DNA from: Eledone cirrhosa
Taxonomy: Eukaryota
Assembly (NCBI GenBank): GCA_964016885.1
Contig: OZ024741.1
Location: 118,916,001 to 118,980,000 of the forward strand
Reading direction: 5' to 3'
DNA: 64,000 nt
Below are positions 13,069-29,739 of the stretch, piece after piece (the stretch's first letter is position 1; the number at the start of each line of letters is the position of its first letter). Position numbers and translations under genes: made by a program. The notes under the pieces are model-generated. The model saw only the letters and a list, made by a program, of their open reading frames with translations. It did no database searches and was not told the DNA's origin.

Positions 13069-13125
13069 CTGCTATATATATTTCAGTGATAGCCATTATT
13101 CAACAGCTATGGCCTCATCAGGCAG
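13069..13125 (-). ncRNA. Type I minimal hammerhead ribozyme
   Basis: Minus strand CUGC - CUGAUGA - imperfect stem II hairpin - GAAA - U AUAU A - UA - GCAG. Confidence 0.7.
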
Positions 13126-13382
13126 TAAAAACTTTTAACAGAAAAAACAGGAAAACATAATGTTGTAATGGATTTTACCTTGTTCATTCATTGATATGCC
13201 CAGCTCCAGGGTGTGTTGTTAGTCCTCTAAGGAACTGAAAACATGATTTAGGATGAACGAATTTCAGCGTCCAAAGGACAGGCCCTCACCTCATTGGTCG
13301 GATATCATACCCCCCCCCCCTCCCCAGCCGAAACTCTATTGAAATTCTTCAGTCATTTCTCCTAGAAACAGGTCAGCCTGTT

Positions 13383-13455
<73 letters not shown>

Positions 13456-13714
13456 TTCTATAAATCTATAAGCACATTTAGCAAATTTAGTAAAATAATA
13501 AACTGATTTGACAAATATTGAAGAGATTTAACTGTTTTTCGGTGTATATATGTTGTTTGCCAGTTTATTGGAGTGTATGAAATTTTGAAAAGTGTTTAAT
13601 GTTTTATGAGAATAAGAGATATATTTAGAGTGTTCATTAATAGGATTTGAAATTTTTCTTCTGTGCAAATGTGGCATGAGTTTCTACTAGTAATATAATA
13701 GAGTTCCTCATACA

Positions 13715-15265
13715 ACTCTGTGGGAGTTGTATGGGCGACATATTGACACACCGAGGTTCTTAAGGCATTTTTAAACCTGACAGAGCCCATCTCCTCTCAA
13801 GACCTGAGTATAGTAGATTTATTCCAGAGAAGGATATATAATGAGAGGAAGGAAGTGAGAAAGAGATATAGAGGAAGAATTGTCCCCAGTACTAGACTGG
13901 TACTTCGTTTTATCGACCTCGAAAGGATGAAATGCAAAGTTGACCTTGGCAGGATTTGAACTAAAATAACAGAGAACTAAAGCGAATACCGCAAAGCATT
14001 CTATCCGGCGTTCTAACTATTTACCAATTCGCCGCCTCTCCTCTAAAGTATCCTCACCTTAAAACACGCACACACATGAAAAGTATGGCTATGTATTTAT
14101 TCTGATTCTTTGCGTTCTTAGTTAAAATCCTGCCGTATGCTACCTGCCATTCTGGAAAGGTTTTGAACGTGCACACATCTTTAGTTTGCCATGGATAGCA
14201 TTAACGTGATCCATGGGATTCAACATTGTGAGAGTAGACGATATTGAATGATATGTATATATGTGCGTGTGTGCACGTATTTGGATACATGTTCATGAAC
14301 CTGATTGAGTCGTAGAGCATTTTGAACCTGGCAGAGCGCATCTATCTCTAGGTCTTATAATAACCAAAGAAGAAATATACAGAGCGAATCATAAGGGAAG
14401 TAAGGAAAAGATATAAGGGAAGAATCAACCCCAGTACTTGACTGGTACTTTTTTTTATCAATATCGAAAGGATGAAAGGCAAAGTTCACCACTTTTATTT
14501 ACTGTTTTAACCATATACCTATCCTACATGTAACTTAATAATAGCTTCTAAGTTTGGCACAAGGCCAGCAATTACCCAGTGCATTACTGGTACTTTATTT
14601 TATCGACCACGTAAGGATGAAAGGCAAAGTTAACCTCGACGGGATTTGAACTCAGACCGTAGAGGGACGTAACTATGTTGGAAAGCATGGCGTCCGACTC
14701 TCTACCGATACTGCCAATCCACCGCCCTATATGTAACTTAATAATAGCTTCTAAGTTTGGCACAAGACCAGCAATTTTGGAGGGGAGGAAACATTGGTTG
14801 TATCGACCCCAGTGCTTGTATGTATGTATGGTCCCGTAACTCCTGATAGAGTCGTAGAGGCACCGTATTGATATACAATGTTTCTTGGGCCATTTTAATC
14901 CTGGCGGAGCCCATCCCTCTCCAGACCTGAGTACAGCAAATTTCTTCCATAGAGAGGACAATCGACCCCAGTACTAGACTGGTACTTTTTTTTATCGACC
15001 TCGAAAGGATGAAAGGTAAAGTTGACCTCGGCGGGATTTGAACTCAGAGAGCAGAGAGCCGGAACTAATACCATAAAGCATTCTATGCGACATTCTAATG
15101 ACTCAGTACTTAACTGGTATTATTTAGGAGAATGTAAGGTAAAGTTTATCTCAGTGGGATTTGAGCTGGAACAAATACTGCTCAGTATTTGTCCGAGTAC
15201 AGACGGCTGTACCGAATACCTCAAAGCATTCTATCCGACGTTCCAACGACTGCCAATTCACCGCC
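13715..15265 (-). mobile_element. Cluster of SINE copies and fragments (about six), three with the extended tail
   Basis: Cores at ~13880-14036, 14425-14490, 14545-14728, 14745-14815 and 14960-15265. Tails at ~13715-13815, 14295-14355 and 14825-14940. Confidence 0.88.
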
Positions 15266-15519
15266 TTCAATATATATGGTACAGCGCATATTAGTTCCAA
15301 AATTAATAATTATGGTTTTAACGATTTTACCATAGAAGAAGCATTAACCATGGAGACACATAACAATAATGGAGTCCATTCTTTTTATAACTGATCAATT
15401 ATTTAATTTGCTTCAATTTGACCAGCAATAAAATCATCCGATTATAATAACTAGATATTCTGTGAGAGAGAAGCGAATGTATATTTTGGGATGTGTTCGT
15501 TTGTGTGTAAGGTTATGCG

Positions 15520-17200
<1,681 letters not shown>

Positions 17201-17446
17201 ATTGGATGAGCATAATTTCATAATTTCAGACTACAATTGCATTGTGTCAAGAATCCTGTAGAAAAAGAGTTTAATTGAATTAGGTGATTGTTTTAAGCAG
17301 AGCAGCTTTGGATCTAATTGGAGGATGGTGGAGGGTGGCGGAGGAGAGGGGGGCGGATGACCGTTTAGTAAGTTGATTGGTCACAACAGATGTGCTACTG
17401 ACATTAGAATGTTTCCTTCATTGGTTATTGATGGCTGCTGTTACTC

Positions 17447-18660
17447 GTGTTGATGATGGTGTTGATGTTGATGATGATAATGATGTTGATGATAATGATG
17501 ATGATAATGATGATTATGGTGATAATAACGGTGACGTTGATGTTGATAACGTTGACGATAACGTTGACGTTGATGATGATAACGTTGACGTTGATGATGA
17601 TAACGTCGATGTTGATGATGATAACGTTGACGTTGATGGTGATAATGTTGACGTTGATGATGATAACGTCGATGTTGATGATGATAACGTCGATGTTGAT
17701 GATGATGATAACGTTGACGTTGATGGTGATAATGTTGACGTTGATGATGATGATAACGTTGATGATGATAACGTTGACGTTGATGGTGATAATGTTGACG
17801 TTGATGATGATAACGTTGACGTTGATGATGATAACGTCGATGTTGATGATGATGATGATAACGTTGACGTTGATGGTGATAATGTTGACGTTGATGATGA
17901 TAACGTTGACTTTGATGATGATAACGTCGATGTTGATGATGATAACGTTGACGTTGATGGTGATAACGTCGATGTTGATGATGATAACGTTGACGTTGAT
18001 GATGATAACGTCGATGTTGATGATGATAACGTTAACGTTGATGATGATAACGTCGATGTTGATGATGATAACGTTGACGTTGATGGTGATAATGTTGACG
18101 TTGATGATGATAACGTTGACGTTGATGATGATAACGTCGATGTTGATGATGATGTTAACGTTGACGTTGATGGTGATAATGTTGACGTTGATGATGATAA
18201 CGTTGACGTTGATGATGATAACGTCGATGTTGATGATGATAACGTTGACGTTGATGATGATAACGTCGATGTTGATGATGATAACGTTGACGTTGATGGT
18301 GATAATGTTGACGTTGATGATGATAACGTTGACGTTGATGATGATAACGTCGATGTTGATGATGATGATAACGTTGACGTTGATGGTGATAATGTTGACG
18401 TTGATGATGATAACGTTGACGTTGATGATGATAACGTCGATGTTGATGATGATAACGTTGACGTTGATGGTGATAACGTCGATGTTGATGATGATAACGT
18501 TGACGTTGATGATGATAACGTCGATGTTGATGATGATAACGTTGACGTTGATGGTGATAACGTCGATGTTGATGATGATAACGTTGACGTTGATGGTGAT
18601 AACGTCGATGTTGATGGTGATAATGTTGACGTTAGTGATGATGATGATGATGACGATGGT
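17447..18660. repeat. 21-bp minisatellite derived from (GAT)n
   Basis: Unit GATAACGT(T/C)GA(C/T)GTTGATGAT, grading into plain GAT repeats at both edges. Confidence 0.95.
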
Positions 18661-18702
18661 GGTGCTGATCATCATCATCATCATGCTCATATTTTATCAT
18701 GT

Positions 18703-18774
<72 letters not shown>

Positions 18775-18876
18775 ATATACGCACGCATGTGTGAATATAT
18801 AAACGTATGCATATGCGTGAAAACTTATGCCTATATATAAAACTTATGCTTATATATATATATATACACATATATA

Positions 18877-18920
<44 letters not shown>

Positions 18921-18927
18921 TATATAT

Positions 18928-19586
18928 GTGGGCTGATATTCCGATTCTCGATTATTCTACTATATTTAGCTCTAGACCCTAGCTATTGATCAGTTAATTT
19001 TATTGATGATTTTTGTTGTTGATCTTATTGACTGATGAATAACTCTTGTTTATTTTAACATGTCTGTTGAGCACTCTGATTCGATATGTGATAATTTGTA
19101 TTCTTACATAATTTACACATCACCGAATTCTTTCGCTAATATAAGGGTTCCCTCCCTTGCTGAATACCATGTGCGTTATTTGGCTTCGGGGCCCCTTATG
19201 TTGTGGAACGAAGTACTCGTTGATAAAGCCTTTCCTCGTTCCTCTCTTCTCTATGAGTCTTTTATATCTTTTATGTGGGCTGATAGTGATTGGATTAAGG
19301 AATTGCAGAAACCCAAGAAGCTAGATTTAACATCGTTCTAGCGGGTCCGGGTAAGTTTTTTACATTCATTTAGTTTATTAATTTATTGATATTTTATTTG
19401 AGTGACCCGAATCTTCCTGGTCGTTTATTTTCGGCTGCATGGGTGATTTTAGGCATGACCTCTATGTGTTGGTATTTTAACGATAGTTATAGCTCTGATT
19501 TTTCCAAATTAGTGAGCCCTCTGCCACATATATCGGATATTGTTTATCGTGATTTCGTGGGCTGATATTCCGATTCTCGATTATTC

Positions 19587-19593
<7 letters not shown>
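18928..19593. mobile_element. Non-coding ~629-bp unit with terminal direct repeat, inserted in (TA)n (copy A of family)
   Basis: GTGGGCTGATATTCCGATTCTCGATTATTCTACTA occurs at 18928 and 19557. Homologous to 52132-52873. Confidence 0.85.
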
Positions 19594-19630
<37 letters not shown>

Positions 19631-19713
19631 GGGGTGTAACTTGGAGTTACTGCAGGTTCACCTAGGATAGCACTCGATGTTTAGGTTCACTTCTGTGATG
19701 AGGTGTAGAGCTA

Positions 19714-19741
<28 letters not shown>

Positions 19742-19744
<3 letters not shown>

Positions 19745-20098
19745 TGGTAAACGGAATAGAAAATGCTGACAAATTGTTCACAGTTGAAAAATGGTTTAAT
19801 TAGGAATAAAAGAGTATTAGTGATTGTATGGGTTAGTATTCAGTTGTGGTTTTAAGTTTTTAAGTTTTTACCGGTTGCGCATTTCTAAATGCTTTTCAAA
19901 AATAATTTTGAGATAGAGTGTCCGTGCTGTTTGCTCTGATCTGATTAGTTTTGGGAATTCTACCTGTTTTTATGTTAAAAAAGTGGCTCCAATTTGCAAA
20001 AATTCTTGTGGTCAAAACAATTTTGATTGGTCGGTAGAGGTCATGTGAATAAAAAATTGGTTTTGCGCCAAGATTGAGAAATGACTCTTTCACAACAA

Positions 20099-20181
<83 letters not shown>

Positions 20182-20253
20182 TAGTAGTAGTAGTAAGGTG
20201 TTCGATGTTGTGATAATGGTTAGCAGCGATGTGTGTCAAATGGCTATTAAGAT

Positions 20254-20320
<67 letters not shown>

Positions 20321-20500
20321 GCAGAGTAATTCGTGGTGGCAGGGATGGTCAGTAAGAATGTGTCTGAAAGCAATGGGGGGTATTTTAGCATGTCAAAAGA
20401 TATTTTTCAGCTTTTGTCTTATACGGAGAAGTGCGTGTGTGTGTGGTGTGTATATATAAGTCTCTTTGTATGTTGATGTACGCGTGTGTATGTGTGTGTG

Positions 20501-20532
<32 letters not shown>

Positions 20533-21386
20533 GACCAGTATTTTTTTCCCCCCCTGGTAAAATGGTGTACATTATTCGATTTTTTTCAGTAAAATCGGTT
20601 CTCTTAATAGAACATCAAAAATCTTAACAATAAATGGTGTGAAATGATATTCACTATATATATATATACACACACACATATATTCACTATATATATATAT
20701 ATATATATACATATACACATATACACACATATATATATATGCACATATATCTTTTTGTGTTGCACCATAGAGCATGTGTGTTTACGTATGTCATTGTGTT
20801 TATATGTGGGTAGAGATGTGTGCTGATGTAGGTATGTATGTTGACGTGTGTATGTTGTGGGTTCGTCTTAGGGAGAAGTGTTTAGACGGGGTCCGTATTT
20901 GTTAATGAAGTAAGATTCCTTGCTGATGCGCTGGGTGTGGGTGGCATTATCTTTAAATTTGTAGAGGGGAAAGATTCTGAAGTTGGGATGATTTTGGGCG
21001 GCACAGGTATCAATGTGTTCACTCAGTGGTATTTTCCTGTATTCCCGTATTTTGATTTGGGATCTATGGACAGTCATTTTTGACCACAAGAATTTTTGCA
21101 AATTGGAGCCACTTTTTTAACATAAAAACAGGTAGAATTCCCAAAACTAATCAGATCAGAGCAAACAACACGGACACTCTATCTCAAAATTATTTTTGAA
21201 AAGCATTTAGAAATGCGCAACCGGTAAAAACTTAAAAACTTAAAACCACAACTGAATACTAACCCATACAATCACTAATACTCTTTTATTCCTAATTAAA
21301 CCATTTTTCAACTGTGAACAATTTGTCAGCATTTTCTATTCCGTTTACCAATATATAATAACTTGTGTGTTACACCTCTATTCTTT

Positions 21387-21390
<4 letters not shown>
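19742..21390 (-). mobile_element. 5'-truncated PLE with GIY-YIG C-terminus, microsatellite-filled 3' UTR and ~275-bp inverted terminal duplication
   Basis: ORF 20868-21101 (HRSQIK..PLSEHIDTC..FRIFPLY..RISKESYFINKYGPRLN*). 19742-20017 is the reverse complement of 21077-21355, and both ends abut (TA)n. Confidence 0.85.
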
Positions 21391-21457
<67 letters not shown>

Positions 21458-21460
<3 letters not shown>

Positions 21461-21667
21461 AAAGAGTATGATCCCGACGGCAGAGCTGAAGCCGTTTCGA
21501 CGGTTATTTCTGTACTATCCTAATTTAGTCCAGAAATAGCCGTCGAAGCGGCTTGAGCTCTGCCGTCGGGGTCATACTTTTTCCTATTACTCACTCTACT
21601 ACCCTAACTAATGAGTACTCTGGTGCGTTATGGTCCATCTGGTTCCTTACCACAATTTCTTCGTTAT
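21458..21667. mobile_element. Head-to-head PLE-terminus fragment carrying the 3' half of an HHR (multi-copy family)
   Basis: Family motif GUC-GAAA-CGGC uugagcuc GCCG-UC-GGGG. Other copies at ~11625-11670(-), 22590-22690(-), 50965-51065(-), 51745-51778(-), 54817-54952(+) and 63955-64000(+). Confidence 0.75.
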
Positions 21668-21672
21668 ATATA

Positions 21673-21734
<62 letters not shown>

Positions 21735-22440
21735 TGTATGTATGTATGTATGTATGTATGTATGTATATATATATATATATACAGATATCTATCTATCTA
21801 TCTATATATCTCTCTCTCTATATATATATATATGTATCTGTCTTTGTATATATATATAAACACACATCTAATAATGTATATATGTATGTATACATATGTA
21901 TGTATGTATGTATGCATGCATGTATGTATGTATGTATGTATGTATGTATGTATGTATATGTATATATATATATACAGATATCTATCTATCTATCTATATA
22001 TCTATCTCTCTCTATATATATATGTATCTGTCTTTGTATATATATATAAACACACATCTAATAATGTATATATGTATGTATACATATGTATGTATGTATG
22101 TATGCATGCATGCATGTATGTATGTATGTATGTATGTATGTATGTATGTATGTATGTATGTATGTATGTATGTATGTATGCATGCATGTATGTATGTATG
22201 TATGTATGTATGTATGAATATACACACATTGGTTTTATTAATTAATAGTGACACTTTTTTCTCTCTCAAGAGAAACAGTCCCACTCTTGTCTTCTCAGAA
22301 TTACTGCTTATAACATCCAATATCATTAACATTAAACTTTTATCTGTTAATTCTTCATTAATCTATAATATCTAAACATCATTTGCAATGCGACACATTA
22401 TATATAGATATATTTACACTCACACTCATATATATATTGT

Positions 22441-22594
<154 letters not shown>

Positions 22595-22699
22595 CAAGGA
22601 AAGTGTGGGAAGATACCAGGTGGACCATAACGCACCAGAGTACTCAATACTTAGGATAGTAGAGTGGGTAATAGGAAAAGAATCAGGGCGTTTTGACTC

Positions 22700-23039
<340 letters not shown>

Positions 23040-23046
<7 letters not shown>

Positions 23047-23720
23047 CGTTTTTGTATTTATTTTGCATGCACCTTGGATTTCACTGCAATTTATTATAAA
23101 GACACAGCCGGTTAATTTAATAACATGGTGGTTGTTTAGTTGTTGATTGTCAAAGCTCTTTTGTCACACATTCTGTGACATCCTCAGTGACTACTTCAGT
23201 TGTTATTTTTGTCTCTCCTCTGTTCTGTCCTACACAATCTTGTTTTTGTGAGCTGAGTACCTGGGTTGCGCATGCGTTTTATCCGGATTTCCGTGTATGT
23301 GAGTTTTTATCTAGTTATTTATCTGTTTTAATATATTTATTCCTTTCACCCTATTTTGATATATAACTCACTGAAACACGATATGTGACAGTACCGGACC
23401 TTTGCATTACAGGTATAATATATCTGACGGGCTTGCACACCTTTTCCGTCTCTGTAGATATCTGTTGAGGATCGGCGACCAAACTGCAGTTTCAATGTAT
23501 ATATTAGATAAATATTTCCTCTATAGCGATAAAGTTAACAGTTTGGGAAATTATAAGCTTATCAAATATTTAAAAGATATATCTTAATTGGTGTTTAGAT
23601 CAATATTCATTGAAATATTTATTTTTATAAGATAGCTTTCAACGTTATTAAAATCATATTCTGATTCAATAGTATAAATAGTATACATTTATATGAACTA
23701 AACGAAGCCATGCAAAATAG
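23040..23720 (-). mobile_element. Decayed PLE 3' end (endonuclease remnant and mutated HHR)
   Basis: Remnant Y..C..RYCHISCFSELYI. HHR-like motif at 23149-23191(-): GUCA-CUGAGGA-GUCACA/UGUGAC-(A)AAA-GAGC-UU-UGAC, with G12 lost, possibly by CpG decay. Confidence 0.5.
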
Positions 23721-23986
23721 GAAACTTTGGAAAGAACTAAATCATGTTTGTGCACATCTGCTGCAAGTGCCGTAACACCTATAGAGTTTCTTCACCGCTT
23801 GAAGAGACATTGGCTGCTCCATTCGGAGATGGAGTATAGCAACACCATCAGCAGAGATCTGTGTTTACCAAGCATATTCACTGATGAAGTTATAGGAATG
23901 CCGTCGTTCCATACGGCGTATGTTCAGCATTTAAACTTGGCGGAGTCCATCCATTTCCAAGTAATATTATATTATATTAATATACG

Positions 23987-24615
23987 AGGGCGGTGGATTG
24001 GCAGTATCGGTAGAGGGTCGGACGCCATGCTTTGCAGCATAGAGTTACGGCTCTTTATGATCTGAGCTCAAATCCTGCCGAGGTTAACTTTGCCTTTCAT
24101 CCTTATGGGGTCGATAAAATAAAGTACCAGTCACGCACTGGGGTCGATTTAATCGACTTTCCCCTCCTCCCAAATTACTGGCCTTGTGCCTATATAAGAA
24201 ACCATTATATTATATTAATATACGGTAGTGAATTGATTGAATCGTTAAAGTCAGACATATGCTCTACATTCTAAGTTCAAATCCAGTCGAGGTCGATTTT
24301 TCCAGGGTCGATAAAGAACCAATCAGAACAGGGTCGATATAATTGATTTACTCCATAGCAAAATTGACGGCCTTATGCCTATATTATCTTTATAATAGAG
24401 GGTGGTGGATTGGCAGTATCGGCAGACTATCAGACAACATGCTTTGCAGCATATAGTTACGTCCCTTTACGCTCTAAGTTCAAATCATGTCAAGGTTAGC
24501 TTCGCCTTTCATCCTTACGGGGTCGATAAAATAAAGCACCAGTAACGCACTGGGGTCGATTTAATTGGCTTACTTCTCAGCCAAATTGCCGGCCTTATGC
24601 CTATATAGAAGACAT
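23987..24615 (+). mobile_element. Three tandem SINE copies
   Basis: GGCGGTGGATTGGCAGTATCGGTAGAG-type heads at ~23987, 24222 and 24399, each with the SINE core. Confidence 0.9.
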
Positions 24616-25082
24616 TTGAAACCATTATAGAAGACATGTTTTCGTGACGAAATTGAGGCTTGCTTTGGGTTACTTCTTCAAGATACAAATCGAAATCCAT
24701 TGCCTCTCAGAATATCAATTACTACCACATGTAACAATATTTTAGAACTATTATTTCTCACATTCTCTTTCTTTCCTTTCTTTTTTAAGGCACAGTCTTC
24801 CGGTTTCACTCCTACTCTCTCAAACTGAGATTGTTGTATTGAACACACACGTATATAGGGGTATATCTGTGTGTGTGTGCATGTGCTTATACGTGTGTAT
24901 AAATATATATATGCGTGTGTGTGTACGTGTGTGTGTATGTGTGTGCGTATACGTGTGTGTGTATATATATATATATATTACCAATGAAGGTTGGAAGATC
25001 ACTGATGAAGGACTAATTTTATTCATATGTAACCCATGTGCAACCACGCAGCACACCATTTTTCTTATATTTATATGTATAT

Positions 25083-25159
<77 letters not shown>

Positions 25160-25217
25160 TACATACATACATACATATATATAAATATATATACATATAT
25201 ATATACATATATATATG

Positions 25218-25280
<63 letters not shown>

Positions 25281-25574
25281 TATTTCAAACATATGATTTC
25301 ATTAGCCATAAAACTGAACGACAGAACTGCTGCTGCCACCCGCGCTAACTAACCAAGGTACTCCAATAACTTATGCCTAGCCACCCGCCTGTTTCCGGAA
25401 TATACGCTAAATATAGACATGAACATATATAAATATAAAGAAAAAAATGAGCCGGGAGAAACGGTGAAGGGAGTTCATCATAATATACTCTTTGTTATTC
25501 CTCTTAGCAGGGACTCTTTCAATGAAAGCACTCTGTTGTGAGGTCAGAAAGGGATTAAATGATAACACTACTAA

Positions 25575-25810
25575 AGAAGAAGAAGAAGAAGAAGAAGAAG
25601 AAGAAGAAGAAGAAGAAGAAGAAGAAGAAGAAGAAGAAGAAGAAGAAGAAGAAGAAGAAGAAGAAGAAGAAGAAGGTGGAGGAGGAGGAAGAAGAAGAAG
25701 AAGAAGAAGAAGGTGGAGGAGGAGGTGGAGGAGGAGGAGGAGGAGAAGAAGAAGAAGAAGAAGAAGAAGAAGAAGAAGAAGAAGAAGAAGAAGAAGAAGA
25801 AGAAGAAGAA
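25575..25810. repeat. (GAA)n/(GGA)n microsatellite
   Basis: Seen directly. Confidence 0.97.
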
Positions 25811-26521
25811 ATGTTTGTCTATATTTTGCATTTTTCACTGAAAGCAACTGCATCAACAACACGAATCAATGTTGTCTGAGATCTGCTAGAAATACCAACT
25901 TAATCTCCCTTAAATCATACATACCCTAAAACTGGATTGATGCATTAGATGATGTAGCTCTTACTCTTTTGCTCGTTCCAGTCACTAGACTGCTGCCATG
26001 CTGAGGCACCACCATGATTTAGTCGATTATATACAATTACCTTGTCTGGCAGGAACGGGTTTAAACAGAAGTCTGCTTGGTTAGAGTGGACCTGAAGCTA
26101 AACATCAACAACTTGAGTTCTGTGACAGACTTATCCCTACTTCCTACAGCCCTATAGTATTTAGTTACCCAATCTACCATAAATGCAAAGTTGGGCCACA
26201 CATTATAGCCGAGAGGAAACACCATATGGGGGAAGGGTCGACAATAATAAAGACCACCCCACAAGCGAATTTATATTTATAGAAACATAGTCATAGATAT
26301 TTTCACTAATTTATTTGAAGTTCTTTTTTTTGTTGTTTTCTTTTAGTCTTCTGACATATCGGATAGAATGCCTTGTGGTGTTTGTTCTGGCTCTCTGCGC
26401 TCTGTGTTTAAATCCCGCCGGGTTTAACTTTGCCGTTCATCCTTTTGAGGTCGATAAAATAAAGTGCCAGTCAAACACGGCGGTCGATTCTCTCTCTCTC
26501 TCCCCCTTTCTCTCTCTTTCT

Positions 26522-26612
<91 letters not shown>

Positions 26613-26647
26613 CACACACACACACACATTCACACAGACACACACAT

Positions 26648-26713
<66 letters not shown>

Positions 26714-26840
26714 ATATAAATGGAAAAAATGAAACGAAATTTCATTTCTCACTCGATATGCAAATTAGGCTGCTCAGCCGTTAATATGCATAAGGAAAGT
26801 ATATACTTTCAGACGTTCAATCATCTGGCAGGAAGGTATA

Positions 26841-26881
26841 CGTTGCTGACGATAGCTAATAAGCTTGAAACTAGTACAGCG
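26841..26881 (+). ncRNA. Type I minimal hammerhead ribozyme in a ~280-bp island flanked by (TA)n
   Basis: CGUUG - CUGACGA - uAGCU aaua AGCUu - GAAA - C UA G - UA - CAGCG. Stem III is the palindrome ACUAGU. Confidence 0.85.
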
Positions 26882-27085
26882 TTCCTTTGTCAGTGTTGAA
26901 CAAAAGGGCAACGATGGTTACTAAACACTGTACGGCTTAATCCGGGCTGTTTGTTTACAAACAAACCGAGCATTATAATAAATGTTCGGTAAACCCTTAT
27001 GTACATATATATATGTGTGCATGTATGTATATATATACATACTACTGTACGTCGGTATACATATATATGTATGTACGTGTACATA

Positions 27086-27167
<82 letters not shown>

Positions 27168-27479
27168 ACATACATATATGAGGAGATGCAACCCCTCTTC
27201 CCAGTTCTGCACCCAAATATAATTACCCCAAATAAAATAATTTCAACAGTTTGGCAAGATGACAAACTTATTTTTTGACAATTTTTGCTCTGACTTCACT
27301 AAGAAAATTACTAAGCCTGCATTTTCCCACTACTTAGTCTACACTTAACCACGCCAAATCATATGACACTCCAACTTTAGATACTTCCACAATGTTGCCA
27401 CGCGTCAAAAGCGTTTAGTGATTTATTTAGTGAACGCAGGAAATTATTATTTAGTTATCCAACCATCTTGATTGTGGTC

Positions 27480-28110
27480 TACATCTGTGTATCCTGCTGG
27501 GTGGTTTTTGCCCGTAAAATCTGTTCAGTGGCTCTTTCTTTAGACATTCTAACCACACATCCGTAGTATCGGATGCTGTGGTCTCTCAATTCGGAGGCGT
27601 AACGTCTCTACCTGAAGCCACTCTCTGATCCCTGAGCTACACACTCTATCAAGTAACGTTACTACAAAGACACTTCGTAGGAACCCATTTCGGCAGCTTG
27701 TATTCCCGGTCCTATTGTTTCGGTCATTACCCAAGATTCATGACCATATATACATAGACAGTATACGAAAGTCACTGATTTTATTTCAGAGATCTCCGGC
27801 CACCAGCCACTCACTCAATGTGATAATAAGCTTGCAAGTGAGAAAGTGCAGTTTATTATACAGGGTGCACATAATTAGTTAATTAGTGAGTAAGATGGCA
27901 ATGTTTCCTTAATGACATTCCCTATCAGATTCCTGGACAGATCTCATTTCTGCGCAGCACTCTGCAAGCTACTCTATCAAATAACGTTACTTCAAAGACC
28001 CTTTGTTGGAACACCATTTCGGCTACTTGTATTCGTGATCGTATTCTTTCGGTCGTTACCCAAGATTCCTAATAATAGGTAAGGGTTGGCACGAATAGCG
28101 AATTGTGTCA
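27480..28110 (-). mobile_element. Two RTE-clade LINE fragments (post-RT region)
   Basis: Frameshifted WV(M/T)TE..R.RIQ.AEM.F.R...VTL.DRV.SS.IRE.LQVE motifs at ~27520-27750 and ~27930-28110. Confidence 0.75.
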
Positions 28111-28385
28111 CGCTGATACGAACTGAACATTTTCGATAAGGGTACCTGCGCCTGTGAAATATTCAACAACTTTCAAGTTAATTCGTGAGTTGAACGAATG
28201 ATTATCGTTAAACCCGACGGAAGATCCTTCATCGTCACATAATTCTCTTAGGAGAAACAAATGTTCCATTCATTGACTTCCGGTTTCTATTAAACCCCAT
28301 CGACAGAAATTTGGCGAACATTTTGTTGTCAGCCGGTACTTCTCTAATCACCGACTGATTCTTCTGCAGACACTGCATAACGTTA
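28110..28385 (-). mobile_element. Possible decayed Tc1/mariner transposase N-terminus
   Basis: Remnants SVGD*RSTG and RSTHELT*KLLNISQAQV (HTH-like). A TIR-like TACAGGGTG lies at ~27859. Confidence 0.3.
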
Positions 28386-28739
28386 TTATTATTATTATTT
28401 TTTATTTATTTATTTTTTGGGGGGATGGGGAGAATCATGGAAGATGGTGCCTAGCAAAACGTGAACAAACATTAATATAATCACATGACTGAAAAATGAA
28501 AGAATAGTGTAAATGATCATAAAATACGAGAGTTAACACGTGACTACGGTAGCAAATATAACAAGAAATAGATAAATAAATAGTGGAGATGTTAAGTAAG
28601 AGAACAGAAACTGTTGGCAGCAGAATTTGTTGTGAATAGTAATTTTACATCAGAGAATTATTTTTCACCGTGATGAAGCATAAAATATTCAATGTCACAT
28701 TTTCTGTCTGTAACTCTCATAACACATTAACAACTCAAA

Positions 28740-28813
<74 letters not shown>

Positions 28814-29142
28814 GAAATATAGGCTAATCTGTTATTAACAAGTCACTACTTTATCTGGCTTCACTTCCAATTTAATTTAATATTTTTGGTGCTGGACTTC
28901 ATTTTTATGTTTCCGTATATATAGAAACATAATTTTTGGAATTATTACTATTATTATTATTATTATCCTTATTATTATTATTATTGTTATTATTATTGTT
29001 GATATTATTATTATTATTCAAATTTAAGCTGCTTTACAAGGCATCAACAATATTTTTTAATTGATATTCTGAATTATAAAATGAATCAAAATATCTCTAA
29101 CGAATGTTTAACGCTGGTATAATCCAGTTAGAAGTATATGCA

Positions 29143-29236
<94 letters not shown>

Positions 29237-29354
29237 CGGAACACGTAGGAGAAAGGGAACAGAGAAGACGGAAGATGATACCCACTCATCAGCTGTCTTC
29301 TGTGGATCATTATAGTTTCGAAAGCATATGACAAAAGCAAACAAAAAACAAACA

Positions 29355-29493
<139 letters not shown>

Positions 29494-29739
29494 GTGGACG
29501 TTAGAAAACTTTTTATACAGATCACATCATATAAGGATGATGATAAAAGAAAGGGGGTTTGAAAAGCGCACCTGGTATATATATATAAGGGGTCTTTATA
29601 CCATGTACAAAAATTGATGTTAAAAATTGATGTTAAAAATTGATGTTAGCAAAGCCTGCTTTCTCCGATTTGGATTTTCAAAACATTTGTTATTAGGTTA
29701 AACTGGTTTTTCGTTAAAACTCCTGCTTTCTGATTCTGC

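Noticed and set aside
17377-18840. 487-aa Asp-rich ORF resembling acidic biomineralisation proteins
   Set aside because: It is a GAT-derived minisatellite that is open in several frames and runs into (CT)n. There is no credible gene structure, though RNA-seq would be needed to exclude expression fully.
25407-25929. Poly-E/K/R/L/S ORFs, and the many YI/CV/HT dipeptide ORFs across the window
   Set aside because: These are translations of microsatellites.
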